From Bacteroidota bacterium (GTDB lineage Bacteria; Bacteroidota; Ignavibacteria; UBA10030; UBA8401): 29,137 nucleotides of DNA. Shown here one piece after another: positions 8,735 to 17,469 of the stretch. The translations under genes were made by a program, and so were the position numbers. Within the stretch, counting starts at the first letter, position 1. Every line of letters begins with the position of its first letter. Location: contig JANXZD010000411.1 in assembly GCA_025355705.1 (NCBI GenBank), forward strand, positions 1 through 29,137, given 5' to 3'. The notes below the pieces were generated by a model, which worked only from the letters and a program-made list of their open reading frames with translations, ran no database searches and was not told where the DNA came from.

Positions 8735-8760
8735 GAGATTCTTCGCACCGCTCAGAATAA
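8735..8760. repeat. Degenerate REP-like palindromic element
   Basis: GAGATTCTTCGCACCGCTCAGAATAA resembles, from recollection, the intergenic repeat GAGATTCTTCGCTTCGCTCAGAATGAC. Single copy in this window. Confidence 0.4.
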
Positions 8761-8822
8761 GAGTGATTAGTCTGCTTCTGCGCTTTGTTTGCGGCAAATA
8801 ATAAACAAAAGGATCTAAAATA

Positions 8823-10802
8823 ATGGCTTTTCAAGCCCTTGGTCTTAACGACCGACTTGTGCAAGGTATTCTTGCGACCGGGTATTCCACCCCAACAGAA
8901 ATTCAAGCACGTGCAATTCCGCTGGCAGTCGCCGGCAAAGATATTATCGGCAGTGCGCAAACAGGAACAGGTAAAACCGCCGCGTTCACTCTTCCGATCC
9001 TTAACCGCTTAGCGGCACAGACGGAAAAATCGCATCACATTAAAGCGCTTATTCTTACACCAACACGCGAACTTGCGCAACAGATAGAAGATGCCGTAAA
9101 ACAATACGGACGATTTCTTCCTGTGAAAGCTCTTTCAATTTATGGTGGAACAAATATTCAGAATCAGTTAAAACAATTATCACGCGGCGTCGATATTCTT
9201 ATCGCAACGCCCGGACGATTAATCGACCATTTAGAACGCAGAAGCGTCAATCTTTCGCAGGTAGAAGTACTTGTGCTGGATGAAGCGGACAGAATGTTCG
9301 ATATGGGATTCATCGACGATATGCGATTGATCATTAAACAAACACCGGCTACACGGCAGACACTGCTATTTTCTGCAACAATGGGGAAAGAAGTCCGTGC
9401 ATTGGTGAAGAACATCCAAAAAAATCCGGAATTGATCGAAGTTGGTCATCAACGAACACCAGCAACGACAGTAACGCAGCATTTTTATACTGTGAATGAT
9501 GACAAAAAATTGAGCCTTCTTCTTCACATCCTTCAAACGAAAGAATTGGACTGCGTGTTAGTGTTTTCCAAAACGAAAGTCGGAGCTGAACGAGTTTCCA
9601 ATAATCTGCATAAGAACGGCATCAAAGCAATTTCGATCCATTCGGACAGAACGCAGGCACAGCGACAACGCGCACTTGCCGGGTTCAAACAAGGTCAATA
9701 TAAAGTATTGGTTGCAACGGATGTTGCCGCACGCGGAATTGACGTTGAAGGAATTTCGCACGTGGTCAATTATGATATCCCAACCTATGCGGAAGATTAT
9801 ATTCATCGCATCGGACGAACGGGACGAGCGTTATCAACCGGTGATGCAATAACATTTGTTACACGAAGTGAAGCGCGACATGTGAAAAAGATCGAACAGT
9901 TCATCGGAAAGAAATTCGAAATTAAAAAATATCCTGACTTTGATTATAACAAAATAGAAGAAAAGATAGTTAAACAGCCGGGTCAATCAGAAACCGAACA
10001 TCAATCATCCGATGAACCAAATTTCAACAGAGAACATCGAGAGAGCAGAGATCGTTTCAAACGAAATGACCGAGGTACGGATCGACGTTCAAGTTCTGGA
10101 AGCCGTCCGGATCGACGCGAAGGATTTAAACGAGATGATCGTCGAACCGGCAGCAGCGGATTTGGCGGTGGAGAAAAACGAAGTTCCGGTTTTCCAAAAC
10201 GAGATTCGTTTGGCAGCGGAGAACGCAAAGAAAGCGGATACACAAAACGTGAATCATTTGGAGGAGAACGTAAAGAAGGTGGATTTCCACGACGTGAGTC
10301 GTTTGGCGGAGCTCGTAAAGAAGGGGGCTTTCCAAAGCGTGATTCGTTTGGCGGAGGACGCAGAGACGGCGGTTATCCAAAACGTGAAACTTTTGGCGGT
10401 GAACGCAAAGATAACGGATTTGTAAAACGTGAGTCATTTGGTGGCGAACGTAAAGAAGGTGGGTACGCGAAACGAGAATCATTTGGAGGAGAACGTAAAA
10501 CCAGCGGATTCGTAAAACGCGATTCCTTCGGCGGAGAACGTAAACCGGGTGGATTCGTAAAACGAGATTCGTTTGGCGGAAAACGCAGAGAAAGTACTTT
10601 TGGAAAGCGAGATTCATCCGACGTACAGAAACGAGAACATAATTTTGAAAAACGAGAATCATTTACCGAAACAAGAGGTTTTGACCGACCGAAACCGCAC
10701 AGCGGACCGGATTGGAAAACATTGATTCCCGAAGAACGAGAACACAAATCGCGCGATCACAAAGTCGTGCGTAAAATGGTTAGCAGAAAGAAAAAGGATT
10801 AG
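8823..10802 (+). CDS. rhlE: DEAD-box ATP-dependent RNA helicase (RhlE-like) with long repetitive C-terminal tail
   Basis: Q motif (GYSTPTEIQARAIP), motif I (AQTGTGKT), DEAD, SAT and motif VI (HRIGRTGRA), followed by about 290 aa of low-complexity tail. Confidence 0.92.
   Translation: MAFQALGLNDRLVQGILATGYSTPTEIQARAIPLAVAGKDIIGSAQTGTGKTAAFTLPILNRLAAQTEKSHHIKALILTPTRELAQQIEDAVKQYGRFLPVKALSIYGGTNIQNQLKQLSRGVDILIATPGRLIDHLERRSVNLSQVEVLVLDEADRMFDMGFIDDMRLIIKQTPATRQTLLFSATMGKEVRALVKNIQKNPELIEVGHQRTPATTVTQHFYTVNDDKKLSLLLHILQTKELDCVLVFSKTKVGAERVSNNLHKNGIKAISIHSDRTQAQRQRALAGFKQGQYKVLVATDVAARGIDVEGISHVVNYDIPTYAEDYIHRIGRTGRALSTGDAITFVTRSEARHVKKIEQFIGKKFEIKKYPDFDYNKIEEKIVKQPGQSETEHQSSDEPNFNREHRESRDRFKRNDRGTDRRSSSGSRPDRREGFKRDDRRTGSSGFGGGEKRSSGFPKRDSFGSGERKESGYTKRESFGGERKEGGFPRRESFGGARKEGGFPKRDSFGGGRRDGGYPKRETFGGERKDNGFVKRESFGGERKEGGYAKRESFGGERKTSGFVKRDSFGGERKPGGFVKRDSFGGKRRESTFGKRDSSDVQKREHNFEKRESFTETRGFDRPKPHSGPDWKTLIPEEREHKSRDHKVVRKMVSRKKKD
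10197..10664 (+). repeat. In-frame tandem repeat, 45 nt / 15 aa, consensus KRESFGGERKEGGF[PV]
   Basis: One 16-aa unit and nine 15-aa units from aa 459 to aa 609, plus a partial eleventh unit (KRESF). The last two units are degenerate. Confidence 0.92.
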
Positions 10803-10868
10803 TAACCCTGTTATTTATGCTGGTGAGTCACGCTGCGCTTTGACAAAAGCATGACTTAACGAAACTAA

Positions 10869-10905
10869 AAAAGAAGCAGCCGGAAACGGTTGCTTCTTTT
10901 GTTTT
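10869..10905 (+). terminator. Intrinsic terminator after the helicase
   Basis: AAAAGAAGCAGCCG-GAAA-CGGTTGCTTCTTTT followed by GTTTT. Confidence 0.85.
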
Positions 10906-10971
10906 AAAGCGAGATTTTCAGACTAACGTTTAGAAAGGCTTTTTGAATAGTAAATTCTATGAGGGATTATT

Positions 10972-12585
10972 ATGGCCGACAAGTATAGATTTAAAAGACA
11001 CGATTCCATCGGGGCTGCTGCAGCTGAAGAAGATCATAAATTTTTGACAGAATGTTTTATCGATAATGGTGATTTGAGTGTTTTATTGGACTGTAAGAAT
11101 ACAAAACGTGTCATTGTTGGCAGAACCGGATCCGGCAAAACGGCACTAATACAACAGCTTCTAAAACGAAATAATGTTATTGAAATCCTACCAGAAAGTC
11201 TTTCTTTTAATTTTTTATCAAACTCTGGCGTATTAAGATTCTTTCTTGACGCAGGTGTTAAGCTTGATTTGTTTTTTAAACTCTTATGGAGACACGTTTT
11301 CACAGTTGAATTACTAAAACGTAAATATCATATAACTAACGAGAATGCAAAGAAAACATATCTTGAAAGCCTAAAAAGTATTTTCAACAAAGATAAAAAT
11401 AAAGAAAAAGCAATCGAATATCTTCTAAAGTGGGGAGGTAAATTTTTCGAAGAAACAGAGTATAGAATTAAAGAAATCACAAACAAACTTGAAGATGAAT
11501 TAAAAGGAAGTATGGATTTAAAAAGGACACCAATTGAATTTGGTATCTCATCGGCTTCAAAACTTACTGAAGAGCAAAAAATTGATGTTGTTCAGCGTGG
11601 ACAATCTGTAATAAACAATATACAGATGAAGGAACTTGGGGAAATACTAAGTTTTCTTGATGAAGATGTTTTCGACGATCAACAAGAACATTTTTATATA
11701 TGTATAGATAGATTAGACGAAAATTGGATTGATGATCGATTTAGATATTTATTGATCAGAAGTTTGATTGAAACCGTCAAAGATTTTTATAAGGTAAAAA
11801 ATGTGAAAATATTTGTTGCGCTAAGAACTGATTTATTAGAAAGGGTATTTAGATTAACCAGAGATCCTGGCTTTCAAGAAGAAAAATATAGATCGTTTTA
11901 TTTACAATTGAATTGGCAAAATTCTATGCTGTCAGAATTACTTGATAAACGAGTGAATCTATTAATACGTTCTCAATACACACAAAGTGGTGTTACTGCA
12001 AAAGATATTTTGCCTTCAAAAATTGATGGAGATCCTTCGTTAAACTATATGATTCGAAGAACTCTTATGAGACCTCGAGAGTTAATAGAATTTTTTAACA
12101 CTTGTATCGAGTACGGTCATGGTAAGGCAACTTTTACTAAAGAGATTATATTAAGATCTGAAGGAGAATATTCAAAAAATAGATTGCGAAGCCTGCAAGA
12201 CGAATGGATATCAGACTATCCCTCTTTAATTGATTTCACTTCAATAATACGAAAACAAAATAGAAACTTTAAAGTTCGGATGTTAGATGAAGAAGCAATA
12301 GAAGCTTTTGCATTAAATTATGCAACTGTAAATTCTGATAAAACTGATTTTCTCTCAACTAATGCGAGAGGTTTTGCTGAAGCTAACATTAATCTTGAAA
12401 ACTTTCTTGCAGGTGTTTTTCAGGTATTCTACAAAACAGGTATCGTTGGTATAAAAACTGAATCATATGATTCCGTACAATGGTCTCACAATGGTGTTAT
12501 AACTATTGCAGCGCAAAACATAGACTTCAATACAACAATTTCAATACACCCAACCTTTCACAGAGTATTAGGCATAAAATCATGA
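10972..12585 (+). CDS. Stand-alone P-loop ATPase (resembles Sll1717/FunZ-like, STAND-related ATPases)
   Basis: 537 aa. Walker A IVGRTGSGKT, Walker B YICIDRLDENW, then RRTLMRPRELIEFFN and a C-terminal YKTGIVG...IHPTFHRVLG. GAGGGA precedes the ATG. The family label is from recollection. Confidence 0.75.
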   Translation: MADKYRFKRHDSIGAAAAEEDHKFLTECFIDNGDLSVLLDCKNTKRVIVGRTGSGKTALIQQLLKRNNVIEILPESLSFNFLSNSGVLRFFLDAGVKLDLFFKLLWRHVFTVELLKRKYHITNENAKKTYLESLKSIFNKDKNKEKAIEYLLKWGGKFFEETEYRIKEITNKLEDELKGSMDLKRTPIEFGISSASKLTEEQKIDVVQRGQSVINNIQMKELGEILSFLDEDVFDDQQEHFYICIDRLDENWIDDRFRYLLIRSLIETVKDFYKVKNVKIFVALRTDLLERVFRLTRDPGFQEEKYRSFYLQLNWQNSMLSELLDKRVNLLIRSQYTQSGVTAKDILPSKIDGDPSLNYMIRRTLMRPRELIEFFNTCIEYGHGKATFTKEIILRSEGEYSKNRLRSLQDEWISDYPSLIDFTSIIRKQNRNFKVRMLDEEAIEAFALNYATVNSDKTDFLSTNARGFAEANINLENFLAGVFQVFYKTGIVGIKTESYDSVQWSHNGVITIAAQNIDFNTTISIHPTFHRVLGIKS

Positions 12586-13376
12586 GTAATGGCGTTTCTT
12601 TTCAGACCATCTTATATTCAATTTCCAATAACATTCTCACCATTTCATTCAATCGTCCGGAGAGTTACAATGCGGTAAATGAGCAGATGAAAAAAGAACT
12701 GCTCGATGCATTTAGACAAGCCGAAAAAGATCCCGGAGTAAAGTGTATTGTACTGCGCGGTGCCGGGGAAAAAGCATTTTGTTCGGGACAAGATCTGAAA
12801 GAATATCAGGAAGCAAAAAGTTCGATGAAGGAGATGCTCGAAAAAGGATACAATCCGATTATCAAACAGATGCGAACAATGGAAAAACCGATCATTGGAA
12901 TGATCAATGGTGTCGCTGCAGGTGCAGGATTCAGTTTTGCGCTTGCGTGCGATATGCGCATCATGTCCGACAAAGCAAAACTCATTCAAGCTTTCGTCCG
13001 AATCGGTTTAGTTGCTGATTCGGGGAGTCACTGGTTCCTTCCACGATTGGTTGGGACAGCGAAGGCATTCGAGTTTGCTGCTACAGGAAAAGATATTGAT
13101 GCAATAGAAGCGAAAGAAGTTAGGCTTGTCAATCACGTTGTTCCTCACACCAATCTGGAAAAAGTGACATACGATCTCGCAAATAAATTGGCGAACGGAG
13201 CAACCAAAGCAATCGGCATTATTAAACGGACACTCAACAAATCACTCACGATGTCATTCGATGAATTGCTCACGTATGAAGCAATGATGCAGGAGATCGC
13301 CGCACAATCGCACGATCATAAAGAAGGAATTGCTGCGTTCATTGAAAAACGTGCACCGAAGTTTGAGGGAAAATAG
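12582..13376 (+). CDS. paaG: Crotonase-family isomerase, PaaG-like (2-(1,2-epoxy-1,2-dihydrophenyl)acetyl-CoA isomerase)
   Basis: FNRPESYNAVN, AFCSGQDL and GLVADSG (PaaG-type Asp). The two hydratase Glu are absent. Start placed at MSNG (12582), overlapping the ATPase TGA. Confidence 0.75.
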   Translation: MSNGVSFQTILYSISNNILTISFNRPESYNAVNEQMKKELLDAFRQAEKDPGVKCIVLRGAGEKAFCSGQDLKEYQEAKSSMKEMLEKGYNPIIKQMRTMEKPIIGMINGVAAGAGFSFALACDMRIMSDKAKLIQAFVRIGLVADSGSHWFLPRLVGTAKAFEFAATGKDIDAIEAKEVRLVNHVVPHTNLEKVTYDLANKLANGATKAIGIIKRTLNKSLTMSFDELLTYEAMMQEIAAQSHDHKEGIAAFIEKRAPKFEGK

Positions 13377-13407
13377 TTTAAAGGTTTGAAAATCTTCGAG
13401 CCAAATC

Positions 13408-14013
13408 ATGGACATCGAGCCATATCTCTCTTTAATCCCACAATCACAAAGTGACCAATTGCTTCACGGATGGGGTTTTGATCTACTACGAGAATATTTC
13501 GTTATAGCGCAACAACTATCCCCTACAAAATCTCCTATCATAGAATTAGCCACAGGAACAGGACGAATGTGTGCAACACTCTCGTGTATTTTTCCTACGA
13601 TATTTTCGGGAGATAATTCTTTAACAGATCTTCCCCGTACATATCAGCGCATACCAAAACAATTCGCAGAACGAGTCCATTATCTACAATTGAATATGGA
13701 GAATCTTCCCTTTCGCTCAGACAGTATTTCTACGCTGGTCTGCTTAAACACAATGCACGAAGTTTCTCATCCTGATGTATGTCTTCACGAAATGATCCGA
13801 GTGATGAATCCTAATGGAACGTTAGTGATCGGTGATTTTAATCGGACGGGGTTCGATGCGATGCAAAAGATCCATGAAATTGTTTACCATAATGATCATC
13901 TCGAAGGATCAATTTCTACGGATAAAATCAAAATGGTTTTAACTGCTTCATTTTGTTCCGTCCGCTCAGTTACAACTCCATTAAACACCACCTATTTCGC
14001 TTCCAACAAATAA
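13408..14013 (+). CDS. Class I SAM-dependent methyltransferase
   Basis: IIELATGTGR (motif I), NMENLPFRSDSI, LHEMIRVMNPNGTLVIGDF. Confidence 0.85.
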   Translation: MDIEPYLSLIPQSQSDQLLHGWGFDLLREYFVIAQQLSPTKSPIIELATGTGRMCATLSCIFPTIFSGDNSLTDLPRTYQRIPKQFAERVHYLQLNMENLPFRSDSISTLVCLNTMHEVSHPDVCLHEMIRVMNPNGTLVIGDFNRTGFDAMQKIHEIVYHNDHLEGSISTDKIKMVLTASFCSVRSVTTPLNTTYFASNK

Positions 14014-14079
14014 TAATCTCTCATACTAAATATTCTTTTCTTGTTTTTCGAAAATGACAATTAGTGATCACTATTTATA

Positions 14080-14108
14080 TTGATTTTTCATCAATTCATT
14101 GGTACACT
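14080..14108 (+). promoter_or_regulatory. Putative sigma70 promoter of pfk (TTGATT-N17-TACACT)
   Basis: Hexamers at 14080-14085 and 14103-14108 with a 17-nt spacer, overlapped by the inverted repeat TTGAT-N5-ATCAA. Confidence 0.45.
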
Positions 14109-14186
14109 CTTAGCACAGTTTCACTTTAATTAAAAATATCATCATCATTAAGACAAACATCTCTGCAATCATCGAAAGGTAACACT

Positions 14187-15347
14187 ATGCGCATCGGAAT
14201 TCTCACCGGAGGCGGCGACGTTCCCGGATTAAATCCTTGTATTAAAGAAGTGGTCTATCATGCAGCGAATGCAGGAGCAGAAGTGTACGGCATTCGCCGC
14301 GGCTGGGGCGGGTTGCTGAATTTTAATATTGACGATGTTGAAGATCAAAAGAACTGGATTATTCCTTTAACAAAACAAAACACTCGAACTATTGATCGTT
14401 CCGGAGGTACATTTCTTCATACGTCTCGAACAAATCCACAAAAAGTAAAATGGACAGATATTCCAAAATTTTTACAAAATCCGGAAAACCCGCCAAAGGA
14501 TGGTGATCCAATCAGTGATTTCACTCCGCACGTTCTCCGCGTTCTTGAATATTTGAAGATCGATGCATTGATCACCATTGGCGGTGACGATACACAAAGT
14601 TATGCTGTCCGTTTGCACAATGAAAAATTCCCTGTCGTCTCTATTCCAAAAACGATGGACAATGATGTGTACGGAACCGATTACTGTATAGGATTTTCAA
14701 CGGCAGTCACACGCAGTGTTGAATTCATCACCAATCTTCGTACATCAACCGGTTCGCACGAACGTATCGCTGTGATCGAACTTTTCGGACGTAATTCCGG
14801 TGAAACTTCACTCATCTCTGCATATCTTGCCGGAGTTGATCGCGCAGTTATTTCCGAAGTCCATTTCGATCCGGAAAAATTAGCCGCATTGCTCATGGAT
14901 GACAAGAGAACAAATCCGAGCGGATACGCGATCATGACAATTTCCGAAGGGGCTCAAATGATCGGTGGAAAAGTTGTTGAATACGGACAAGCGGATGCTT
15001 ATGGTCATAAAAAACTTGGCGGCATCGGACAAATTACCGGTGAAGCAATTCAGAAAATTACCGGACAGCACATCATCAATCAACAAGTCGCCTATTTAAT
15101 GCGAAGTGGTGAACCCGATGCATTGGATAGAATGGTGGCAATGTGTTACGCAAACCTTGCAACGGACATGGTCATAAAGAAACATACCGGAAGAATGGTT
15201 GCATTGCGTGATGGAAAATATACGACTGTTCCTCTCCACTCAATTACCGATGGGGTGAAACGTGTTGATGTTCAAGAATTATATGATTCTGAAAATTATC
15301 GCCCGCGCATATTAAATGTGATCGGAAAGCCGATGTTCTTGTATTAG
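14187..15347 (+). CDS. pfkA: 6-phosphofructokinase (PfkA family), predicted PPi-dependent
   Basis: [28 protein letters not shown] and [16 protein letters not shown] precedes the ATG. Confidence 0.92.
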   Translation: MRIGILTGGGDVPGLNPCIKEVVYHAANAGAEVYGIRRGWGGLLNFNIDDVEDQKNWIIPLTKQNTRTIDRSGGTFLHTSRTNPQKVKWTDIPKFLQNPENPPKDGDPISDFTPHVLRVLEYLKIDALITIGGDDTQSYAVRLHNEKFPVVSIPKTMDNDVYGTDYCIGFSTAVTRSVEFITNLRTSTGSHERIAVIELFGRNSGETSLISAYLAGVDRAVISEVHFDPEKLAALLMDDKRTNPSGYAIMTISEGAQMIGGKVVEYGQADAYGHKKLGGIGQITGEAIQKITGQHIINQQVAYLMRSGEPDALDRMVAMCYANLATDMVIKKHTGRMVALRDGKYTTVPLHSITDGVKRVDVQELYDSENYRPRILNVIGKPMFLY

Positions 15348-15357
15348 TTCAGATTTT

Positions 15358-15392
15358 GATAGCTCCGAAACCTTTGAAATTTCGGAGCTATC
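15358..15392. repeat. 13-bp perfect inverted repeat (REP-like or terminator-like hairpin)
   Basis: GATAGCTCCGAAA-cctttgaaa-TTTCGGAGCTATC, 10 nt after the pfk stop. No clear U-tract. Confidence 0.6.
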
Positions 15393-15478
15393 CGTCTTGA
15401 TTAATTGAGATATTGATGAGAAATTATTGCTCTTGGTTTTAATGTTGATTATGTTTCATGCATAAATAAGGAGGCGTT

Positions 15479-16123
15479 ATGCAACGATTCATTATTTTCT
15501 TTACCGCTTTTCCGTTCTTCTTCTCCGCACTTGTTGCCCAGAAAAATCCGCAGATTGAATTATCAACATCATTTCCATTCCACGCATTTCAAAGTTCGTC
15601 ACGGGATTATTTTCTCACAACAAAATATTCAGCGGGAGTTTCATTTACCATCAATGACTACGCTGATTTCATCTCGACAATAACCTATACGCAGCAAAAT
15701 GCGATTATGACACAGGTTCCATCATACAGAACCGGTGCTTTGGTCGATTCCAGAACAATTTTTGTTCCATTTACTTCCGATCCATTCTTTTCCGAATATG
15801 GAGTATTCACCGGAGTACGATTGACAACGAGTCAAAACTTTGCACAGGTGTTTGTGAAAGGACAAATTGGAGTGCTTGACGCAAAATATGGAACGATACA
15901 AAGTGTTCCATATTTGAATCCCAACGACCTTCCCGGCGGATATTCTTATCGAGATGTTGAAGGTGATGTGATGAAAATCCAGATCGCTGGAATGTATGGT
16001 GCCGGATTGATGCTGCATCCGACCGCATCATTGACATTCGTCGTTGACCTCCATGCAATCAATCGTTTCACAAATCAACCGCTTGATGTTTACAGAAGCG
16101 TTGGTGTGCAATTCGGGATGTAA
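15479..16123 (+). CDS. Hypothetical outer-membrane beta-barrel protein
   Basis: AGGAGG RBS and a signal peptide ending ALVA|Q. Alternating strands include GVFTGVRL, VFVKGQIGV, YGAGLML and VGVQF. Confidence 0.7.
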   Translation: MQRFIIFFTAFPFFFSALVAQKNPQIELSTSFPFHAFQSSSRDYFLTTKYSAGVSFTINDYADFISTITYTQQNAIMTQVPSYRTGALVDSRTIFVPFTSDPFFSEYGVFTGVRLTTSQNFAQVFVKGQIGVLDAKYGTIQSVPYLNPNDLPGGYSYRDVEGDVMKIQIAGMYGAGLMLHPTASLTFVVDLHAINRFTNQPLDVYRSVGVQFGM

Positions 16124-16135
16124 ATCATCCGATAA

Positions 16136-17380
16136 ATGAAAAAGCTACTGCTCATATTATTGTTCATCAACTCACAGGCATTCTCACAAGCCGGAAGCAG
16201 TGCCGTTCCATTTCTTCTCATATCTACTTCTGTTGAAGCAAATGGGATGGGCGGGATAATGACTGTGGCGAATTCGTCAAGTCCTTCATCAATGATGTTC
16301 AATCCCGCACAACTTGGCATGAGCAGCCAAACCGATTTTTTTAGCACAGAAATGTATTCCCACAAAACATTATGGCTGCCGCAATTTAGATTACATGATC
16401 TTTGGATCAATAATTATTCCATGATGTATGGAATGAAACTGCCTACGACAAATAACTCACTGATCAGCGTTGGTTTTGGATACTCACGTTTATTTTTGAA
16501 TCTCGGAAGGTTTATTGTTACCACCGAAAATAGCCCCGACCCGATTGCTAACTTTGATGGGTACGAAACCAGCGACAATTTTAGTATCGGTGTCAGTGTT
16601 GATCTCGGTATCACTGTGGCATTCGGCACGACAATAAAAAAAATCACATCAAACCTCAGCCCAATCGGAACCGCGCAAGAAAAAACTTCGGGCGGTGCAA
16701 ATGTTTGGGCTTCAGATCTCGGCTTATTAATTAAAATTCCGGTGATGCGTTTTATCTTTATGGATGAAGAATTTAAGGGAAAAACTCTTTTACCTTTTTT
16801 TGATATAACTGCAGCGCATGCGTTAAATAATCTTGGCAGCCGTGTCGTCTATATTGATCCTGCACAATCAGATCCGTTACCGCGAACTGCGCGCTTAGGA
16901 TGGTCGATTGAAGCCGGATTAAAATTTCAAACAGACAAATTCAATGTCTCTTTAATCAATTTAACAGTCGCTCGAGAGGCTGAAAATTTATTATTTAAAC
17001 GGGATAATATCGGAAATTGGGAATACTATGGCGCACCATTAGGGAACATTGATATCTATAAGAATCTTATTGCAAGCGAAGCTAATGGCTACGTCACTGT
17101 ACGAAGAGGGTTTTCTGCCAATTTTTTTGAAACGATAACATTTCGACAAGGTTCGTACGAAGGAGACGGGAATCTTTCCTATACGACAACAGGTTATACG
17201 ATCAGTACAAGTGGAATTTTAAAATATTTCAAATCTACCATGCCTATTAGTTCAGACTTTAATCCAGTTCAATTCTTATTGTCTCATTTTGAAATTAGAT
17301 TTAGTCATAGTGAATATACAGGGCATACTCTCTTAGATGGAACGGGATTCGATAATCTTATATTTTCATTCCGCCATTAA
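16136..17380 (+). CDS. porV: PorV/PorQ family outer-membrane protein (type IX secretion associated)
   Basis: Signal peptide ending AFS|Q, then AGSSAVPFLLISTSVEANGMGG, FNPAQLG and DPLPRTARLG. Confidence 0.75.
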   Translation: MKKLLLILLFINSQAFSQAGSSAVPFLLISTSVEANGMGGIMTVANSSSPSSMMFNPAQLGMSSQTDFFSTEMYSHKTLWLPQFRLHDLWINNYSMMYGMKLPTTNNSLISVGFGYSRLFLNLGRFIVTTENSPDPIANFDGYETSDNFSIGVSVDLGITVAFGTTIKKITSNLSPIGTAQEKTSGGANVWASDLGLLIKIPVMRFIFMDEEFKGKTLLPFFDITAAHALNNLGSRVVYIDPAQSDPLPRTARLGWSIEAGLKFQTDKFNVSLINLTVAREAENLLFKRDNIGNWEYYGAPLGNIDIYKNLIASEANGYVTVRRGFSANFFETITFRQGSYEGDGNLSYTTTGYTISTSGILKYFKSTMPISSDFNPVQFLLSHFEIRFSHSEYTGHTLLDGTGFDNLIFSFRH

Positions 17381-17419
17381 AATCTATACCGTAACTTTCA
17401 GAATTTCCGAGTTATTATC

Positions 17420-17457
17420 AAACAACAATCCCGTCTTTAAAGACGGGATTGTTGTTT
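17420..17457. terminator. 38-bp perfect palindrome, probable bidirectional terminator
   Basis: AAACAACAATCCCGTCTTT|AAAGACGGGATTGTTGTTT between convergent porV-like and hydA genes. Confidence 0.75.
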
Positions 17458-17469
17458 TTGCATAGCCAT

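Noticed and set aside
10197-10664. 45-nt periodic repeat as a CRISPR array
   Set aside because: The units are contiguous, in frame, diverge at synonymous sites and have no unique spacers; no cas genes are present.
10001-10747. Several overlapping ORFs (10001-10243, 10012-10425, 10126-10662, 10373-10747)
   Set aside because: Alternative-frame or antisense shadows of the helicase repeat tail.
12480-12581. ORF-track N-terminal extension of paaG (and similar extensions at 5387-5449 and 6355-6423)
   Set aside because: The extensions overlap neighbouring genes or promoters; downstream ATGs give family-typical N-termini, and in one case a clear RBS.
14080-14094. Canonical FNR box
   Set aside because: The spacer is 5 nt, not 4; kept only as an unassigned palindrome.
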